This document shows, in pieces, positions 10,439-19,825 of a stretch of DNA of 29,953 bases (positions are counted from its first letter, which is position 1; every line of letters starts with the position of its first letter). The translations under genes and the position numbers were made by a program. The notes under the pieces were generated by a model. That model was not told where the DNA came from. It saw only the letters and a program-made list of their open reading frames with translations, and searched no databases. Origin of the DNA: a virus (lineage: Duplodnaviria > Caudoviricetes); the IMG/VR virus record IMGVR_UViG_3300025084_000138, positions 1 through 29,953 of that record; one strand, 5' to 3'.

Positions 10439-12369
10439 TATGTTACCTTCCCATATATATCTTGATTAGGATTTCTCAATTCAAATACAGCTGGAGTTAA
10501 TGATGGTCTTATAATTCCATTTTCTTCAGCACCATCAAATTCATAATGAAATCCATAACCACTTTCACCACCAGTACCGTCCCCATCTGCTTGATAACTA
10601 GTCATGTTTCTAGATGCATCTACTTGAAAAAGTTTTAATTCTTTAATCCCAATCACACCCTCTAATCCTAATATATGGTATTGTAAATCATTCATATTGA
10701 TTGATTGTCTGAATTGCATTCTCTCTACTTTAAAGAAATCCCTTATAGTATTGATGACTTCTATTTTTACATCAGTTGGATTAACTCTTCTATCAGCATT
10801 CACTTCAAACTTAACTCCAAAGTTTATTAAGTAACCGGAAAATAAAGTATCTCCACTACCTTCTAACTGGAATCCAAAATCTAATTGGTCGTTTATCATT
10901 TTGTATTGATTCAAATAAGTCATTATGTTACTTAATACTAATTCAGGAGTTTGAACTAATTGTTTATTTTGATTATACGATAAAGTACTTACAAACAATC
11001 CTCCAGTATCATCAAGTCTTTCCACATAACACTTGGCAATATTACCAAATTTAGCAGGAAGATTTAATATTCTGGCTTGATAATCTTGTCGAGTGACACA
11101 TCTATTTTGTGAAGAGAAAAATGCCTTGGCATTGTGTCGAATTTCTTCAACGGTTTGGCCATCAGTTCCACCAGTTGCAGGTTCATCATTCGTTACGGTT
11201 ATTCCCGTAGTTCCATCAGCTATAGTGGTCAATTCACCAACTTGTGCATTTGAATCAGGTCCGCCCCCTACTCTATATTTAACTGTTAAAATTGTATTGG
11301 TTGGAGTCTCACCCATATTTAAATTATTCGTTCCAAATAAAGTATTTGTAGGAGCATTAATTGAACTAAATGTATCTCCATTTAGAGTTAAACCGACTTG
11401 TTCTATCGTTGTAAATATACTTGAATTAGAAGAACCCGTTACGTTGTATTTATATAATCCATTACCAAACATTAATTTAGTCGAATTCGTATCCACATCA
11501 AAATTAGTTACGAACTTTTTATTTGTATTGATATAATCCAATGTATAGGGAATTGGTATTAATGAATTACCTGTAATACCTTCCCCTTGATCATAACCAG
11601 TTCCTCTGGTTGAATCAGCATCATTATAATATGTTTCTTTTAAAATTCTTTCCTGAGAAAGGTAATCAACCTCGTACCACTTTTCTCCCGATGAATCCGT
11701 GCAATTTAATATTTCAATCACATTATCTTCACCTAAATCTAATTCTAAAAATTTAGTAGGACTCGTAATGGTAAATGATTTTGTTTTAGTTTCAGCTGAT
11801 ATGGCTTGAACATATCTGGTTAATGTATAACCTGTAGTTAAGCCGTCTGTACCTATAATTGGAGCGCTAATGGGTGGTTCATCAAGTGTAGAACCCGATA
11901 TACTAAAGTCAATGACGCCAGTAGTTTCAAACAATAATGTACTATCTATATTGGATTGAATTTGTAATCCTGGTGAAATCTGATTTGGTACACTATTAAA
12001 ATCTGGAGGTCTTGCAGAAACATCATCATAACCAATATCTGTCGTTACTTTTAACTTAACAACTGATGGTGTTTTATTTGGTGTTTTATACCCGAGAAAT
12101 TCTGCTAATCGTCTTACATTTCTTTTTTCAGTTGCTGTTGATAATACATTTTCCTTATAATTGTAATCAACATAATAAGACAATACATCACCCACATAAC
12201 TACTTAATTCAATTAACATCATACCAGGAGATGTTTCATTAAAGTCTTTATAAGTATTGGGAAAATAAGACTTTGTGTATTCGATTAAATCAGCTTTAAT
12301 CGTAGAAAAATCCTTACTCGTGTAATTGATATTCGTTGGTTTAAATTTTTGTTTATCTGAATATGCCAT
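10438..12369 (-). CDS. gp6: Baseplate wedge subunit (T4 gp6 / baseplate J-like)
   Basis: DFSTIKADL...YKDFNETSPGMMLIELSSYVGDVLSYY, YRVGGG, GGTDGQTVEEIR and QNRCVTRQDY motifs; adjacent to a gp25-like gene. Confidence 0.9.
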   Translation of the reverse strand: MAYSDKQKFKPTNINYTSKDFSTIKADLIEYTKSYFPNTYKDFNETSPGMMLIELSSYVGDVLSYYVDYNYKENVLSTATEKRNVRRLAEFLGYKTPNKTPSVVKLKVTTDIGYDDVSARPPDFNSVPNQISPGLQIQSNIDSTLLFETTGVIDFSISGSTLDEPPISAPIIGTDGLTTGYTLTRYVQAISAETKTKSFTITSPTKFLELDLGEDNVIEILNCTDSSGEKWYEVDYLSQERILKETYYNDADSTRGTGYDQGEGITGNSLIPIPYTLDYINTNKKFVTNFDVDTNSTKLMFGNGLYKYNVTGSSNSSIFTTIEQVGLTLNGDTFSSINAPTNTLFGTNNLNMGETPTNTILTVKYRVGGGPDSNAQVGELTTIADGTTGITVTNDEPATGGTDGQTVEEIRHNAKAFFSSQNRCVTRQDYQARILNLPAKFGNIAKCYVERLDDTGGLFVSTLSYNQNKQLVQTPELVLSNIMTYLNQYKMINDQLDFGFQLEGSGDTLFSGYLINFGVKFEVNADRRVNPTDVKIEVINTIRDFFKVERMQFRQSINMNDLQYHILGLEGVIGIKELKLFQVDASRNMTSYQADGDGTGGESGYGFHYEFDGAEENGIIRPSLTPAVFELRNPNQDIYGKVT

Positions 12370-12374
12370 ATTTG

Positions 12375-12809
12375 TTATCCCCCAACACCACCGAGTGTCA
12401 CACTAACACTTTCTAATGAAGCTGATGTTCCTTTGATACTGAATGTTATGTTTATATTTACTTGGTTGTTATCGGTATTGATTTGTATATCTCGTAAATC
12501 TACAAATGGCAACCACCTTTCAAATGTATCAACAATGTTATTTTCAATTTCTATTGTAGTATCTTCTGTTATTTGCTCAAATAATAATCGTTTTAAATTC
12601 ATTCCCAATGTCGGTTGGAAAACTCTTTCACCCTGTTCGGTTTGTAATAATAATTTTATATTATTTTTAATCGACTCAACAGTAGTTTTGGTTGTCTTGA
12701 AATACCCATCTTGATTTGGTACACGTGCAAATGGGAAATCAATCCCAACACTTACTCGTTTATCTTTGTCTTCAATGAATTGATTTTTTCTTTTATCAAG
12801 TATTGGCAT
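12375..12809 (-). CDS. gp25: Baseplate wedge protein, gp25/GPW family
   Basis: IKNNIKLLLQTEQGERVFQPTLG...LLFE...ERWLPFV signature. Confidence 0.92.
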   Translation of the reverse strand: MPILDKRKNQFIEDKDKRVSVGIDFPFARVPNQDGYFKTTKTTVESIKNNIKLLLQTEQGERVFQPTLGMNLKRLLFEQITEDTTIEIENNIVDTFERWLPFVDLRDIQINTDNNQVNINITFSIKGTSASLESVSVTLGGVGG

Positions 12810-12810
12810 C

Positions 12811-13152
12811 CTATACCTCTACGGCTCTTTTTAATTGAACTTTACTTTGCATTGATTCTACCTTACCACCACCTAATGGATTATCAACACCTTGACCTTG
12901 ATCATCAATCTTAACGGTAATCATAGGTATCGTACCAGGTCCAACCGGTGTAACGGCAGGAACAGCACCTTGACTTGCATTTAATTTAGTTACAGTAAAA
13001 GTTTGAGCCTTAACCCATTTAACTATTGCATCAGTTAAACCTTGTGCCAACGCATCTGTCTTACCGTTATCTTCAAAGACATAATTTTCACCTTTATTAT
13101 TAGGTTCAATATTAGTTTTTAAAGCTTCAAATATGTCCGATTTAAGCCCCAC
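12811..13152 (-). CDS. Hypothetical protein (baseplate region)
   Basis: 113-aa ORF in the operon; LAQGLTDAI motif and a Gly/Pro-rich segment. Confidence 0.65.
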   Translation of the reverse strand: MGLKSDIFEALKTNIEPNNKGENYVFEDNGKTDALAQGLTDAIVKWVKAQTFTVTKLNASQGAVPAVTPVGPGTIPMITVKIDDQGQGVDNPLGGGKVESMQSKVQLKRAVEV

Positions 13153-13585
13153 GTTTAAATTTATCCTTTTCTTCTACTGATTTTAACATTTCGGAATAAT
13201 CCTTAGTTAATGCTTCTGCCAAATGGTTAGGTAGAGCTTCTGTATTATCCTGTACGGATTGAGCTTCTTCACCTTTACCTTCAACGGTTTTCCAATCATC
13301 AGTTTGAGCAGTTTCTTCAAGTAAAGAATTCAAAACATTGTTGTTTGTCTTTGGTACTGGAACACCTTTCGTAGTTGTGGTAATGTTGGTATCGGTACGG
13401 GGAGAATTATTCATCATGTTTTTTAAACTTGTATCCTGTGTCGTGTGAGTTCTAGCTTTATTTAGATCAACAGTATTACTCTTAACTACTACTTCTTTTA
13501 ACTCTTTACTAAGTCGAACAAATTTATAATCTAACTCTTCTCTTATTATATCTCTGATCATTTTCTTAAAAATAGATAACTTCAT
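13142..13585 (-). CDS. Hypothetical protein
   Basis: 147-aa ORF with GGAG SD; overlaps the next gene. Confidence 0.7.
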   Translation of the reverse strand: MKLSIFKKMIRDIIREELDYKFVRLSKELKEVVVKSNTVDLNKARTHTTQDTSLKNMMNNSPRTDTNITTTTKGVPVPKTNNNVLNSLLEETAQTDDWKTVEGKGEEAQSVQDNTEALPNHLAEALTKDYSEMLKSVEEKDKFKRGA

Positions 13586-13587
13586 TT

Positions 13588-14958
13588 TTACTCCTGTGTT
13601 GTTTTTTGTCTAACGTTCTGTTCTACATAATGGTATTGACTTAAAAATTTTGTTGGTCCTGGTATTGGTGTATTAGTTTCATCATCAACTTCTCTCGGTT
13701 GTAATGTATCAATCACCCTTTGTATATCAGGAAGCATTGGACTTGAATCCTGCTTAACAAGTGGAATAGGTACACCCTGTACTAATGCTCTTGAATTTTG
13801 TAATATATTCATAATATCCAATAATAATATTCTCAGCTCATCCCCCAATACCATTGGTTGAGCTTTATTCTTTGCTTCCTTTCCTATATAAATATTCTCT
13901 GATTCAATAACTGAAAACCCTTTATTCGTTATTGTTAAATTCTTACCAGCTCCAAAGTTAATATTACGAAATGCTGAAACTGTAAAATCATTATTTTGTG
14001 CATCAAATGTTATCCTATCAGAAAACATTATTATTTGATCAAAATCAGTTTGTTGTTCTGGAGTTGGCTCTACTGCTCCAAAGTTTATATTAAATACATT
14101 TTCATCACCAATACTATCATTACCAGCATTTATTGGAAAACCAATATAGCCAGTTTCTTTCACTACTTTATTTACTGATAATTGATAAGGTATTGTATTT
14201 CCTTCTTCATCTACTTCAGTTGATGGGAAATAATCAGGTATTGATCCTAATGATAACATACCTAAAACAGAACCATTATTTCCACTTGAACTATTATTTC
14301 TAAATATACTGTATGGATTTATAAATCTATAACCAAGTTGAATTGAATTACCATGTCTACCTTCAAGAGTTAAATCAGATACATTTGATTCTATTTCAGC
14401 ATCAGAACCAACATCTCCTATTCCAGTATCATATGGTCTATCTAAAATTATATTTTTTATTTTAGTAATTCTATTGATTGCTCTTTTTATAAAATTTATA
14501 TTGTATCCATCACTATTATCTTTTCTATCATCCAATACTACTCTATTTGGATTTAAATCTGATTGGTGTAATATATCAGGACTATAATTTGGATTATTTA
14601 AAGTGTTTATTGGCCCTAAGTAATAAAACTTACTACCTAAGTTCATATAGATTACCGAATCACCACGAGCTATTGAATCAGCAAAACCACGTAATAATGG
14701 TTGAGCCAAGAACATTCCTTTTAAATAATTTGATGGTAAATTAAAGTCAGAATGTCCACTATAAGTTGGTTTTAAAAGAATACATTGACTTACATCGGAT
14801 GGTGCACCACGTATGGGATAATCAAATGAATTCAAATCTTGTGATTCCAATACTACCTTTTCTACATGACCATGATGAAATGTAAATTCAGGTAAAGGTA
14901 CTGAATCTAAATTTACCTGACCAAGAACATTTGACCGTTGTGGGTGAGTGTTAGACAT
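13588..14958 (-). CDS. Probable baseplate hub/spike protein (gp5/gpV-like)
   Basis: N-terminal OB-like region (PLLRG...GDSVIY...YYLGPIN), EGRHGNSIQLG, beta-repeat C-terminus ending in IYIG...QPMVLGDEL; upstream of gp25/gp6. Confidence 0.6.
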   Translation of the reverse strand: MSNTHPQRSNVLGQVNLDSVPLPEFTFHHGHVEKVVLESQDLNSFDYPIRGAPSDVSQCILLKPTYSGHSDFNLPSNYLKGMFLAQPLLRGFADSIARGDSVIYMNLGSKFYYLGPINTLNNPNYSPDILHQSDLNPNRVVLDDRKDNSDGYNINFIKRAINRITKIKNIILDRPYDTGIGDVGSDAEIESNVSDLTLEGRHGNSIQLGYRFINPYSIFRNNSSSGNNGSVLGMLSLGSIPDYFPSTEVDEEGNTIPYQLSVNKVVKETGYIGFPINAGNDSIGDENVFNINFGAVEPTPEQQTDFDQIIMFSDRITFDAQNNDFTVSAFRNINFGAGKNLTITNKGFSVIESENIYIGKEAKNKAQPMVLGDELRILLLDIMNILQNSRALVQGVPIPLVKQDSSPMLPDIQRVIDTLQPREVDDETNTPIPGPTKFLSQYHYVEQNVRQKTTQE

Positions 14959-15353
14959 TACGATTTATACTTTTTTTTTATTTCACTTATATCAATATCA
15001 TCGGATTTTTTCTGTAATGATGCCGCGGCATCTTCAAGTGAATTCATCAATTCTTCTTTTTCATCTTCACTTAATAAACCAACATCGCTATCATCAACTA
15101 CTTGATGTTTGCTCATGATACGTTGGATTACGGTTGCTAGTTTTAATAAGTTATCATCGTTCTTGACACCGACATCAAGAAGTTCTTTTAGTATGGGACC
15201 CACGATAGCAATATCTTCGATACCTTGTATGTAACCATGTACCTCTTGGACTAAAAGCTCAATTTGAGTTTTCTTTAATTTAGAATTCTCGTATATCTCT
15301 TGAGATAAATCAGAGAAGTTCTTATCACCAAATATTTTAAAGTCTTTTTCCAT
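14958..15353 (-). CDS. Hypothetical helical protein
   Basis: Likely starts at ATG 15353 (MEKDFKIF), just after a TATTTAT motif; TAATG-coupled to the next gene. Confidence 0.7.
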   Translation of the reverse strand: MEKDFKIFGDKNFSDLSQEIYENSKLKKTQIELLVQEVHGYIQGIEDIAIVGPILKELLDVGVKNDDNLLKLATVIQRIMSKHQVVDDSDVGLLSEDEKEELMNSLEDAAASLQKKSDDIDISEIKKKYKS

Positions 15354-15390
15354 AACATTCAATAATAAATATAGAATGATTAGAAAGTTA

Positions 15391-16116
15391 TTACAAAGAA
15401 CCTGTGTTTATTAAGTTGTTTATATGACCTCTAATTAAAACTTCTTGTTGTATTTTTGGGTATATTCTACGAAACACATTAGATACTTGAGTTATTTTAG
15501 AAGTCTTGACATCTGTCATTTCTCTAATCATTATGTATAAAGCTTTCTTATTAAAGTTATCAATATTATCTTTATTTCTACAGAGAAACAATATAGATTC
15601 AGCTACGTCTTTATCATGTTGTTTGGGGAATAAACTTTCTAAATTATTTTCAAAATAAGTTAGTGTCTTTTTAAATACATCAATGGATGGTGATTTTTCT
15701 ATAACTTCATCATCTACTCCTACGTCATAGAGTCTATCAATATCATCATGAATTTTTAACTTCTTATAGTTAGCATTATTATTTAATATAAGATAATTCT
15801 TTGCTACTACGGAGAAATAACTAAATGCTTTACTTCCTTTAGTCTCATCAAACTTATGCATATTGATAACTAAATTAGAAACTACTTCTTCCTGTAGGTC
15901 TCTAAATCCATAACTGAAATAACTAAACTTAAAGGTGTTAATTATATTTTCTGCTAACTTTAAAAAAGCAGCATGAATTTTTTCGGTGTATATTCTATCT
16001 CTGACTATTGGGTTATCAGAATGATTATATCTTATAATGGCATCATGTACTGGTGTGCCAAAATATATTTTACTTTTTTTCTTTCTTTTCTTTTTTACTA
16101 CTTTCTTTGTTGCCAT
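15391..16116 (-). CDS. gp55: Phage sigma factor for late transcription (T4 gp55-like)
   Basis: FLKLAENI...F..Y...DLQEE......MHKFDETKGSKAFSYFSVVAKN resembles the gp55 core. GAGG SD precedes ATG 16116. Confidence 0.7.
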   Translation of the reverse strand: MATKKVVKKKRKKKSKIYFGTPVHDAIIRYNHSDNPIVRDRIYTEKIHAAFLKLAENIINTFKFSYFSYGFRDLQEEVVSNLVINMHKFDETKGSKAFSYFSVVAKNYLILNNNANYKKLKIHDDIDRLYDVGVDDEVIEKSPSIDVFKKTLTYFENNLESLFPKQHDKDVAESILFLCRNKDNIDNFNKKALYIMIREMTDVKTSKITQVSNVFRRIYPKIQQEVLIRGHINNLINTGSL

Positions 16117-16378
16117 CATCAACCTCGGTTTCAAATAAATTATTTAATTCGTTCCCAAGTTGTTTTATCTCATCGAAGAAAAAACCAACTTCATCATCGG
16201 ATTCGAATGTACCTTTATTATCTATTATTTTAAGTTGATGTTTTATATTTTCTATAGTATTGTTTATATTTAGTATTATTTCTTCATAGTTATTAATTCG
16301 TTTCAATGCATAAAAAGTTACTAAACTCATACAGAGTGCAATAATTCCTAATAAAACGGTTATTATGTAATGTAACAA
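16070..16378 (-). CDS. Hypothetical membrane-anchored coiled-coil protein
   Basis: N-terminal hydrophobic helix, then heptad-like sequence and FESDDEVGFFF. Confidence 0.7.
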   Translation of the reverse strand: MLHYIITVLLGIIALCMSLVTFYALKRINNYEEIILNINNTIENIKHQLKIIDNKGTFESDDEVGFFFDEIKQLGNELNNLFETEVDDGNKESSKKEKKEKK

Positions 16379-16516
16379 TTAAGATTCTTCTTCTATTATT
16401 TTTATTTCTTCTTCGACTTTATCAATCACTTCAGTAAGGTACGTTAAATCTTTATCTTCTTCAATTATTAATAATAAATCTCGCACTTCTTGTAGAAATG
16501 CCAAAAATTCATGCAT
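16379..16516 (-). CDS. 45-aa acidic hypothetical protein (not in the ORF track)
   Basis: MHEFLAFLQEVRDLLLIIEEDK...EEES*; TAATG overlap upstream; fills the gap exactly. Confidence 0.65.
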   Translation of the reverse strand: MHEFLAFLQEVRDLLLIIEEDKDLTYLTEVIDKVEEEIKIIEEES

Positions 16517-16821
16517 TAAGATTCTCCAATTATTTGATTCATTAATTGTTTAATATCGTCATCATCATAATCATCTCCACATAATTCATTATCAATTATA
16601 TTACGTAGTTTAGAATATTTGATTTTTACCGTATCAATCATTTCAATATCTTCACCTTCAACAACATCTAATATATCATTTAGATTATCATTTAATTCTA
16701 ATAATCTTTTTTTGACTTTATAGAACATTTCTTTATGTTGAGATTGTGCGAATTCTAATTCATCTAATCTAGTCATGATGGTAGTTAAAACAATTACGAT
16801 TTGTTCGTCTTGATTTTTCAT
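16516..16821 (-). CDS. Hypothetical acidic coiled-coil protein
   Basis: 101-aa ORF preceded by TATTTAT. Confidence 0.7.
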   Translation of the reverse strand: MKNQDEQIVIVLTTIMTRLDELEFAQSQHKEMFYKVKKRLLELNDNLNDILDVVEGEDIEMIDTVKIKYSKLRNIIDNELCGDDYDDDDIKQLMNQIIGES

Positions 16822-16889
16822 ATATATCCATAAATAGTGCCGTATTAATAAAATCGTTTAAAGTTTAAGTGTTATATCAATGTGATATT

Positions 16890-17090
16890 TTATTCATCAT
16901 CCGTATAATCGTCCATTTCGATAGTGTCTAATTCATCTTCATCGTAATATTCAAGATTGATTCGTTTATTCCTTTTATAATTAGGATCAGTTTTCATTGT
17001 TTTATTATCAAGTGATCTCATTTGTTTTTTATCATTATTAGTTAGCATACAATCCTTCATAAATTGTGCCATATCTATTTTTTTATTCAT
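16890..17090 (-). CDS. Hypothetical protein with an acidic tail
   Basis: 66 aa; GAGG SD. Confidence 0.65.
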   Translation of the reverse strand: MNKKIDMAQFMKDCMLTNNDKKQMRSLDNKTMKTDPNYKRNKRINLEYYDEDELDTIEMDDYTDDE

Positions 17091-17120
17091 TATTAACCTC
17101 TTATGTTTAAATAAATTTTA

Positions 17121-17218
17121 GGGGCATAGAAGAAAGGAAGAAAGAACTATGCCCCATATAGAACCTCTTAAAATGAGATTCAATTCTTTGGAGAACGATA
17201 ACCTATTTGTTTATCCGA
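17121..17218 (-). ncRNA. Candidate small RNA or structured leader with an anti-SD loop
   Basis: Directly downstream of a sigma70 promoter. Hairpins GAUAA/UUAUC, GAAUCUC/GAGGUUC and GGGGCAUAG/CUAUGCCCC, the last with a 17-nt all-pyrimidine loop. Confidence 0.5.
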
Positions 17219-17221
17219 TAT

Positions 17222-17260
17222 AATATACACATAAATTACATTAAAGTCAAGCATTATTTT
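17222..17260 (-). promoter_or_regulatory. Sigma70-type early promoter (copy 1)
   Basis: AAAATAATGC-TTGACT-17 nt-TATATT. Confidence 0.85.
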
Positions 17261-17712
17261 TTATTATTCATCATATCTTGTTTAGTTTTATTCTTATGGC
17301 AGGGACGGCATAAGGTTTGCATATTATTTAATCCATAGTATGACCAATCTAACTTATTGGCTTTAATTCCCTTTTGTTCCATCAATGGTTTAACGTGGTC
17401 CAAGTCCCAAGTACGTCTTGTACATTGTTTTCCGCAATCATTACACTTTCCTTTGTCTCGTTTCCATATATGTTTTCTTGCTTCTGTAGGGTGGTGTATT
17501 ATCATATAATCCGTGGCACAATCTTGATGCCAAGACTTACGAGTATTGTGTATTTTATTCTCTATAATCTTTTTACCACACCAACGGCATATTCCTTTCT
17601 CTTGTACATAATATGAATCAGGCTTTGGTGGTTTACGAAAGTCTCCATTCCATTTTTCCTTTTTCTTACCAAAGGTATGTTTTTTTCTTTTACCGAATCT
17701 ACTTAAAGGCAT
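17254..17712 (-). CDS. HNH endonuclease
   Basis: RDKGKCNDCG...DLDHVKPL...NMQTLCRPCHKNKT. Confidence 0.88.
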   Translation of the reverse strand: MPLSRFGKRKKHTFGKKKEKWNGDFRKPPKPDSYYVQEKGICRWCGKKIIENKIHNTRKSWHQDCATDYMIIHHPTEARKHIWKRDKGKCNDCGKQCTRRTWDLDHVKPLMEQKGIKANKLDWSYYGLNNMQTLCRPCHKNKTKQDMMNNKK

Positions 17713-18036
17713 TTATTTTATTTGTAAATCTTGTATCCACTTGGGAACATTGTTTTCCATATAATGTTGTATTACAAACGCTTCACATATATGAGAGAAG
17801 AACCAAGTAAAAGAAAGTATTGGAACATAAATCTGATAATCCAATCCCACCTTACTTATACCTAACCAAGTTAAGAATAACATTCCTATTGTTTTAGTTA
17901 AGAAACTTATACCAGTAAAACCCAGTGACATAGTATTACCACGTTGCATAACAACATAAGTTCCAATAATCAAATGTAGTAAGTTTAATACGATAGGTGC
18001 TAATACACCCAAGGTAACCATTAGTAAATAATTCAT
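17713..18036 (-). CDS. Hypothetical membrane protein (about 3 TM)
   Basis: Three hydrophobic stretches; coupled to the transglycosylase gene, so a holin-like role is possible but unproven. Confidence 0.65.
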   Translation of the reverse strand: MNYLLMVTLGVLAPIVLNLLHLIIGTYVVMQRGNTMSLGFTGISFLTKTIGMLFLTWLGISKVGLDYQIYVPILSFTWFFSHICEAFVIQHYMENNVPKWIQDLQIK

Positions 18037-18611
18037 TATAAATTCTTATATATTCTCTTTACATAAAAGTTGTTCTTAATATAATTTGAACTATACTTTT
18101 TCGTAATGGTAGGACCATGACTATAGGCCGTAAGTGTAGCATCCATGTCATCAAAATGATTATTTAAATGTGATAAGTATTTAATACCTACGGTAACGTT
18201 AATATAAGGATCAAATAAATCGTTTTTTGGTGTTTTGAATTCAGACATAGCAGTTTCGGGTAATATTTGCATTAATCCAATAGCACCACTCGTTGATATT
18301 GCTTTATGATCCCAACTTGATTCGGTTTGTATTACGGCTTTAACCATATCATAATCTACACCATATTCATCACATAATGCATTAGTATAAATTAATAAGT
18401 GTTTAAGTTTAGATTTATTCAAAGTTGAATTAATTTCATTAGCTTCCAATTCAAAGTCGCCTCTAATTAAAGGAGCATTTACCATACGAACAATGGTTTC
18501 TGTTTTGGTTTGAATTGTAGGTGGATTATGTGTGATTTCTTTATACAATACTACTGATAAAGAAGTAAATAATACACCTAATAAAAAGTGTAGTCGATTA
18601 TTATTTAACAT
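18036..18611 (-). CDS. Lytic transglycosylase (SLT domain) with N-terminal TM/signal
   Basis: AVIQTESSW...AIS..GAIGLMQILPETA...N...G.KYL...AYSHG. Confidence 0.92.
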   Translation of the reverse strand: MLNNNRLHFLLGVLFTSLSVVLYKEITHNPPTIQTKTETIVRMVNAPLIRGDFELEANEINSTLNKSKLKHLLIYTNALCDEYGVDYDMVKAVIQTESSWDHKAISTSGAIGLMQILPETAMSEFKTPKNDLFDPYINVTVGIKYLSHLNNHFDDMDATLTAYSHGPTITKKYSSNYIKNNFYVKRIYKNL

Positions 18612-18643
18612 ATGATTTCCCTTTCGTTTGTTAATGTTATTAA

Positions 18644-18708
18644 TAAATAGTGACTCGTCATCTTTAAGCCATTTATCTGTGAGGACTAAGAATTCAAGCC
18701 ACTATTTA
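18644..18708. repeat. Inverted repeat / stem-loop in the transglycosylase leader
   Basis: TAAATAGTGACTCG (18644-18657) and CAAGCCACTATTTA (18695-18708); pairs fully with G-U on the minus strand. Confidence 0.6.
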
Positions 18709-18711
18709 AAT

Positions 18712-19141
18712 ATTTGGAATTTAGGTAGGATGTGAGACTAACGATTACTCACAAATGCCAAAAGGTCTGATAAAGTTTACTACTCATACTAACATCCTTT
18801 CAGTTACGAAAGTTACTCCGAAAGATGGTTAATCCCGTTGAAGTGAACACAACTTCTGATGTTATGCCTTACCCCTTTATCATGGGTTATTAGGCAACAA
18901 TGGTAAGAATCTCGGTTATTAAACCACTCTCTTACAATGAGTTAGAAAAATCGTTGTTTTTCTTAGTATTATGACATTTCTTTCAGTTCACAGATGTCTC
19001 CGTTTTAACTACCCACATTCGAGCTATTAAAATCTCACCACAAGAAGAACTTACTGAACAATAACCCCTTTCTCTAAAAAAGAGTTTATTCTGTCAATCC
19101 CACACAAAGATAGCAAGTCTTTGTGCTTCCTATTTCCAAAT
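18712..19141 (-). ncRNA. Large (~430 nt) highly structured non-coding RNA candidate
   Basis: No ORF of 60 aa or more; dedicated promoter; ends pair (AUUUGGAA/UUCCAAAU); 12-bp long-range helix UGUGGGAUUGAC/GUUAGUCUCACA; at least 7 internal hairpins. Confidence 0.75.
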
Positions 19142-19235
19142 TGTCAAAAAACTATGAGTTGATGCCAGAAGTATCAGCAGTACCGATACTAGCAGTGATA
19201 ACTAAATATCCTAATCAACCCAAATCTTGTACCAT

Positions 19236-19264
19236 AATATACACATAATATTAATATATGTCAA
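19236..19264 (-). promoter_or_regulatory. Sigma70-type promoter (copy 2) driving the large ncRNA
   Basis: TTGACA-17 nt-TATATT. Confidence 0.85.
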
Positions 19265-19467
19265 GTCTTTTTTTTAAGTTTTTTAAAAAACTTTAATTCC
19301 TTTGATGTCATCATTTGTAACTTAGATAAGTTATCCATTATCTTACCTTTCTGCACCAAAGATATTTTATCTTCATCATATAACTTATTGAGTTTTTCTT
19401 GAGCCCGATAGTATCCGAACTCCATGAATTCTTCTACGATGATGTGGTAAATTGATTTGTTTTCCAT
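19261..19467 (-). CDS. Hypothetical protein
   Basis: 68-aa ORF. Confidence 0.6.
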   Translation of the reverse strand: MENKSIYHIIVEEFMEFGYYRAQEKLNKLYDEDKISLVQKGKIMDNLSKLQMMTSKELKFFKKLKKKT

Positions 19468-19534
19468 ATGAGAGAATTTTTTAAAATTTTTTGAGAGTCT
19501 TTTCGTTGGCTATTTCTTATATATATTGGCTTTA

Positions 19535-19825
19535 TTATTTCGCACTTATAGTATCATTCAATACTACAACATCAAATTCATATCTCTTCCACATTTCATT
19601 CAATTGTTTTAAAGTTGATTTAGTATAAACAACCGTATCGTCATTAAGAATCGTATCATGTAGGGCATCTACGTGTTCCCAATCACTACGTTTCCAGACG
19701 ATTTTACCATCCGAATTTTTCCTTTCAACATAATTACCCATATTTTCATAACCATTTTTCTCACACCAATCTTCAATGCGAGTTCTCAAGGATTTTAATT
19801 TATTTAATAATGTTTGTCTTTTCAA
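19535..19825 (-). CDS. Hypothetical protein
   Basis: 96-aa ORF with TTG start abutting the upstream stop. Confidence 0.65.
   Translation of the reverse strand: MKRQTLLNKLKSLRTRIEDWCEKNGYENMGNYVERKNSDGKIVWKRSDWEHVDALHDTILNDDTVVYTKSTLKQLNEMWKRYEFDVVVLNDTISAK

Noticed and set aside
18660-19141. RNase P, tmRNA or self-splicing intron identity for the large RNA
   Set aside because: I found no GAGGAAAGUCC, no tRNA-like ends or T-loop, no group II domain V or group I core, and it does not interrupt a gene.
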